A stretch of DNA of 64,000 bases, taken from Podospora anserina (Eukaryota). Position numbers and translations under genes: made by a program. The notes under the pieces are model-generated. The model did no database searches. It saw only the letters and a list, made by a program, of their open reading frames with translations, and was not told the origin of the DNA. Location: contig CM030335.1 in assembly GCA_017654855.1 (NCBI GenBank), forward strand, positions 372,001-436,000. Reading direction: 5' to 3'. Below are positions 59,139-64,000 of the stretch, piece after piece. The stretch's first letter is position 1; each line of letters begins with the position of its first letter.

Positions 59139-62002
59139 TCAGAACGCACCACGAGGCCCAAACATCTCTGGGCAGAGATACAGGGTATTGTCCATCTTTC
59201 CCCCAGCGCGCTGCTTTAGACTGACCCAGGCATGTATACCCCGCCCGTCACTCAAAGGCCTTCGCTGGGCAGCAGCCAGCACCATGGCATATCTCTCCCT
59301 CGCCGCGACCGATGCGCCTACATCGATCAAATATCCATCGACCCTTCTCTTTACCTCAGCATCATCCGCCGCATAAGCATCGACAGGGAAGTGCACTGTT
59401 CCTACCGGTCGTTCACCAGTCTTTCCTGAGAAGGCAAAGCAGGAAAACAGAGACTTCCTTCGGTTCGAGCTGTTGTCCCGACCAAATTCATCCCCAGCCA
59501 TGGCGGCAAAGAAGCGCTGAATTTCAAAGGCGTCGGCGTCAGGACAAATGCTGGCATGTTTCTGCGCGACTTCGGCCACGACGGCTCGGGACGTGGCATC
59601 GGCTCCGCCATGCGCAATGTACACCTTCACACGGGCCTCCTCGGTGTTGGACGCCAAGTCCAGCGAGAAATAAATCACATGGTCATTGGGACCAAGAAGC
59701 CCTTCTATCAACCGCCACCCCGTATCCAGGCCGAGCCGAGAGAAAGCCTCTCGGGCTGTTTGGGTAGCACTTTCTTTTCCCGCGGCACACGGGTCAAGGT
59801 AGATCTTCCATTGCGGTCCTTTGCTCGTCGACCAAGCACAGCTGTGCCAGGCTGCCAACTTCATTTCTCTGCGGGAGGATGGGGGTAAAAAGAGATCACG
59901 GATCGCGTCGAAGCGTTCGAGTGAGACAATGGAAGGATAGCTCTTCCCAATATCTTGGTTGGCGCGAAGTGCAGCCTCGACAAGATGTGCCCAGCTGTTC
60001 TCAAGAGGTTGGGCTTCGGTCAAGAAGCGCAACTCGGCTTTCCCGGTACCCTGATCGATGGAAACCGAGTATTCGACCGCGGATCCGTCGTTGCTGACGC
60101 TGGACGTCCACCGTGTCGTGTCGAGTTGTTTTGGAACCGCCGTCTTACCCCATTCACCAGTCACCAGGGCAAGGGCTTGGATCAACTCCTCCGCGGCGGC
60201 AGCGTCTTGTCCAGTTGCGGTGGAGAGATGCCTCAGCTGCCTGCTTGCTTCGCCGAGAAAGCTGTCATTGATAGCTTGATCTACGGCAACTGGCTTCAAG
60301 CCTGCTGAGAAGTGGCGAAGTTTCATGTGCTTGCCGCGAGTGATGACAGCATTGGGAACCGTGTGCCTTCGCTCATACAAGTCCTTGATAGCTGCCACAG
60401 TGTAGTCGATGTGCTCATCAGAATACACGTGACGTGGTACGGCAAAGCGGACGAGATTGGGAATCTTGGAACGCTCCTCGATCGGCTTGAGATCATACGC
60501 CCAACCGAATGGGCCGGCCTCGGCAGCACGGATGCCGTATTTCTTGATCAGCTCAATCGTGAAGCCAACGGCGGCAAAGTCCTCGAGCTTCCTGTTGCAC
60601 CCGAAGAAGAATTGGTCCATGTCAAGGTAGACCGCGTGACCGCCAGGGGGAGACAGCACTGCGACGCCATTTGCCTGGAGCTTCTGGGCAAAGGATTGGA
60701 CCTGTGTGATGCGGTGGCAAAGGTAGGCTTGGTCGGTGACTTGGTACAGACCAGCCGAGGCTGCCATGAGGTCACGGCCGCTCACTGAAGAGACAGCGTG
60801 TTAGTATCACTACCCGGAGACATAATGACAGATGCAACGTACTGCCGCCATAGGAGTCATTCCCATAACATAGGATCTGCCTCTCCTTAAGCAACATCCC
60901 AATGCCCTCGTATCTCTGTGCAAACAGACCTTGGTCACGGAAGCACAGCACACCGCCCATGTTCGCAAGCCCGTCCTTCTTCAAGCTGATGGTGAATCCC
61001 TCAGCATATGAAAACATCTCCTGAACGATGTCGGCAATGCTTTTGTCTGCATATCCATCTTCATATCTCTGGATGAAGTAGGCATTCTCCGCAAACCGAC
61101 AAGCGTCCAGGAACAATGGTATCGAATGGAATTTGGCCAGAGAAGCGGCACCGCGAATATTCGCCATCGAAACAGGCTGTGCAGCGGCCCAGTTGTTTGT
61201 GATTGTCACCAAGATCATGCTGACCTTCCCGGGGTTCGCTTCCAGGTAGGCCTTGGTGGCGGCCAGGTCCAAATTCCCCTTGAAGTTGTTCTTGACACCA
61301 ATCAAAGCCGATGGGAACGGATCCGTCAAGCCCGGCTGCGTGAAGGTCTGAAGGTTAAAGCCTGCAACAGCGGCGTTTGCCCCCGTGGTGTCAAAGAACC
61401 CGTTGCTGATGATGGCAGCGGGCTTGTCATGCTCAAGATGCGAGCCGTACCCTTCTGCAATCATGGCGCTCATGGTGGAGAAGAGGAGGGTTTCGGCGCA
61501 ACGCCCCTGCGGCAGGATGAAGAAGTTGGGGCGCTCGAGCTGATGGCGGCCACCATTCACGAAGCCCCCTTTGGAGGATACGAGTAGCTTGGTCTGGTAA
61601 AACGCAACGTCGGTCTTACCTGCCAGCACCTTATCCATGACGTTGTGTCGATTGGTGCCACGCTCAAAGATATCGCGGAAGGCGTCCAGCAGGCAGTAAT
61701 AACCCCAGTTACGACCGTAGCTTTCGTCTCCTCTCACCACTTCATCATCAGGTCAGTCACAGTGGCTTTGCCAGCTGTATTCGGAATGGGGGGATTCGCT
61801 TACAAGCTGCCCATTGGACATCAGTCATAGCCGAGGTGCCAGAGTCTGACAGAAAGTCACAAGTAAGGAGCCCAGCGGGGAAGGCAAAAACATTGTACTC
61901 AACATCCTCCAGAATCTTCTCACGTTCCTCTGCTGAGGCTGAGGGGAGAGATCTGACAACAAGGGCGGCATGTGCCGGTGGACGCGGGACAGAAGTCGCC
62001 AT
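59139..62002 (-). CDS. Fusion of a tryptophanase/tyrosine phenol-lyase-like PLP enzyme and a DMATS-type aromatic prenyltransferase (about 913 aa, 3 exons)
   Basis: Introns 61740-61803 and 60785-60842. Lyase motifs DFLSDSGT, GDESY, QGRCAE, FDTT, DACRFAENAYFI, SLKKD (PLP Lys), PPGGHAV, RFAVPR, LRHF. Prenyltransferase motifs SNDGSAVEYS, LRFLTE, WKIYLDP, YFSLDL, RVKVY, WVSLK...TLYL. Confidence 0.9.
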
Positions 62003-63504
62003 GGTGGCAGCAGCTTGGAAAGGCCTTGAACGGAACTGAAACGGCTACGTTGGACAACAGACTCACGACCGCCTTTTAAAATTTTTTTGACTGTGGTCTG
62101 GATTGTCTTCTCACTACTGCTATGCAAAGAGCCGTCATCTTCGGACTTTGCCCATCTCCAGTATACATCTGCTGCCATACAACGGGGCCATTTCGTGCGA
62201 GGCCGAGACGGCGGGATGTAGTATTGCTGACCGGCATCATCCTCAATTTCATCATAGCCTCAAAAGTCGGAGACGGCTCGGGAAGGCAAGACTAGGAGAT
62301 AAAGCCAAAGCGGGACTAGAACCCGACAGGATACGAACCAGGACGGACTGATATTGCAAGCTGTATCTCCCAGCAAGAACCGTGCTTGGTTCTTGACATT
62401 TTACAGACGATAGGTTCTTGGGCCTGCATCTGTTGTGTTCCACAGGACTTCCCTATCAGGGATGTTTCCGACTGCCTGTGCTACGGGTATAAGCTGTTTT
62501 AGGTGTAGGCTGTACATCACAAGCCCGAAGAGATGCAGCTTTCTCACTCTCCTCGCATTTGTCACGCACCTCGGACGAACCTGAACACCGCGATCTTACC
62601 AACCGAGGGTGAATTTACTAGCTTCAATTTCGTGATGGATGTGTTGACCGCTTCTCTGTTGTGGTTAGGTTGTAACGCAATTGAGACATCTGCGTGGGAG
62701 CTGGACTCAAGAGACAATGCTGGGTTCCTCGAGGACTTATTGTCTAAGGTGCTTATCACGACTACTTACCCAAGGTTTGTATTTATGTCAACATCTGTTA
62801 TCTCCCAATGGTAGATCATCCGAGCTCTACATATCATTTGGCCAGACTCGATCTGAGCTTCAATGTCATCTATCCGCTCGAAGACCAACCAGATAGCTCG
62901 AACGACCAATCCCCGAACGACTGCCCGTTCTTTTTCACTCAACAACTGGTCCAGGAGGATGCATAGAGACTTGCTCTATATTTTGCCAGTGATTTGGCCC
63001 GCCGCGGCTCTAGCGACCGGAGAGCTTGATGTTTTCCATACCTAAGGATGGGATGAACCAGAGGTCTCCCGATTGCATGGTTACAGCGCTTGTTGTTTAT
63101 TCCCACGTAATGCCTTTACGGCGACGCTATGGTGGTTGGACGGGATCTGACGCTGTAGATCAATGGGACAGCTCGGCCCGCTCGGATTGAGTGTGAAAAG
63201 TTTGAATTTACTGTGTACAATGCAGGTTGGTGCTGACATGGCTGCAATGTCATCAACCAGGCCAGTCGAGGTTGACGGAACAACTTTTATCCAACTATTG
63301 ACCACTTGTTGGAGGTTGGGAACTTGTTGGTTGAGAGCCTGATGGATTCATGTCAAGAAAACGAATTACCAACGATCCGCTGCATAATCATGTTGCTCGG
63401 TCAGGCACCAAAGTAATATGAGATGGTAGTTTCCCCCCCTTCCCCTTGAAATACCTCCCAGATCAACCGCCACCGCCACCGTTCCACCTGCTAGACGACA
63501 TCAA

Positions 63505-64000
63505 ATGTCTTCCCTACATGTTTGGACAACGGCCACCGCCGTCATCGTCTCTCTTCTTCTCCTCACCAGGGCAATCACCTCCAAGAAGACGTCCAAATTC
63601 TCCTCCCTCCCATTACCACCCGGCCCACCTACCCTTCCCATCATCGGCAACCTCCACCAAGCACCCAAAACCCACCCATGGTTCCAATTCCACACCTGGG
63701 CCAAAACCTACGGCCCCGTCCTCCACCTCAACATGGCCGGCCAGCACGTCATCGTCCTCAGCACCAACAAAGCAGCCCACGACCTCCTCGCCAGGCAAGG
63801 TGCCACCTTCTCGGACAGACCTCACTTTGTCGTCGCGCACGAGCTGGCCCTCCAGGGAATGCACATGCTCCTCCGACCATACGACCAACGCTTCAAACTC
63901 CACCAAAAGCTCGAGAGCCCCGTGCTGGGCGAACGAGCGGCAAAGGCCTACGTCAAGATCCAAGACTTGGAGTCGAAACAGCTCCTCCTTGACCTCTTAC
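63505..64000 (+). CDS. Cytochrome P450, N-terminal part (runs off the window)
   Basis: TM anchor, LPPGPPTLPIIGNLHQ, WAKTYGPVLHL, FSDRP. Confidence 0.88.
   Translation, partial: MSSLHVWTTATAVIVSLLLLTRAITSKKTSKFSSLPLPPGPPTLPIIGNLHQAPKTHPWFQFHTWAKTYGPVLHLNMAGQHVIVLSTNKAAHDLLARQGATFSDRPHFVVAHELALQGMHMLLRPYDQRFKLHQKLESPVLGERAAKAYVKIQDLESKQLLLDLL

Overview
Intron-containing filamentous ascomycete DNA, most likely Podospora anserina or a sister species (Sordariales): the AA9 LPMO-CBM1 looks like PaLPMO9H and RIP signatures are present. Layout: (1) 2-20 kb, host genes: Pro-rich protein, intron-containing tRNA-Pro(CGG), a HeLo-like / atypical Hsp70 / myristoylated-protein trio, P450, carboxylesterase, LPMO. 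(2) 21-35.5 kb, an immunity-type island: ankyrin protein, cytosolic ANK-(LRR-like)-subtilisin protease, an unannotated 286-aa beta-rich protein with a pore-former-like amphipathic hairpin, a divergent degenerate SesB-NACHT-ANK NLR, and a HET-domain protein. (3) about 38.5-58.6 kb, a RIP-damaged Starship-like element with a DUF3435 captain, cargo genes and relics, a secreted beta/gamma-crystallin-like protein and a nested 5'-truncated Ty3/gypsy chromovirus. (4) 59-64 kb, a tryptophanase-like/DMATS prenyltransferase fusion gene divergent from a P450. The best candidate for an undescribed system is the NLR / protease / putative non-gasdermin pore-former module at 22.3-32.9 kb. All domain calls come from reading motifs by eye; no searches were run.
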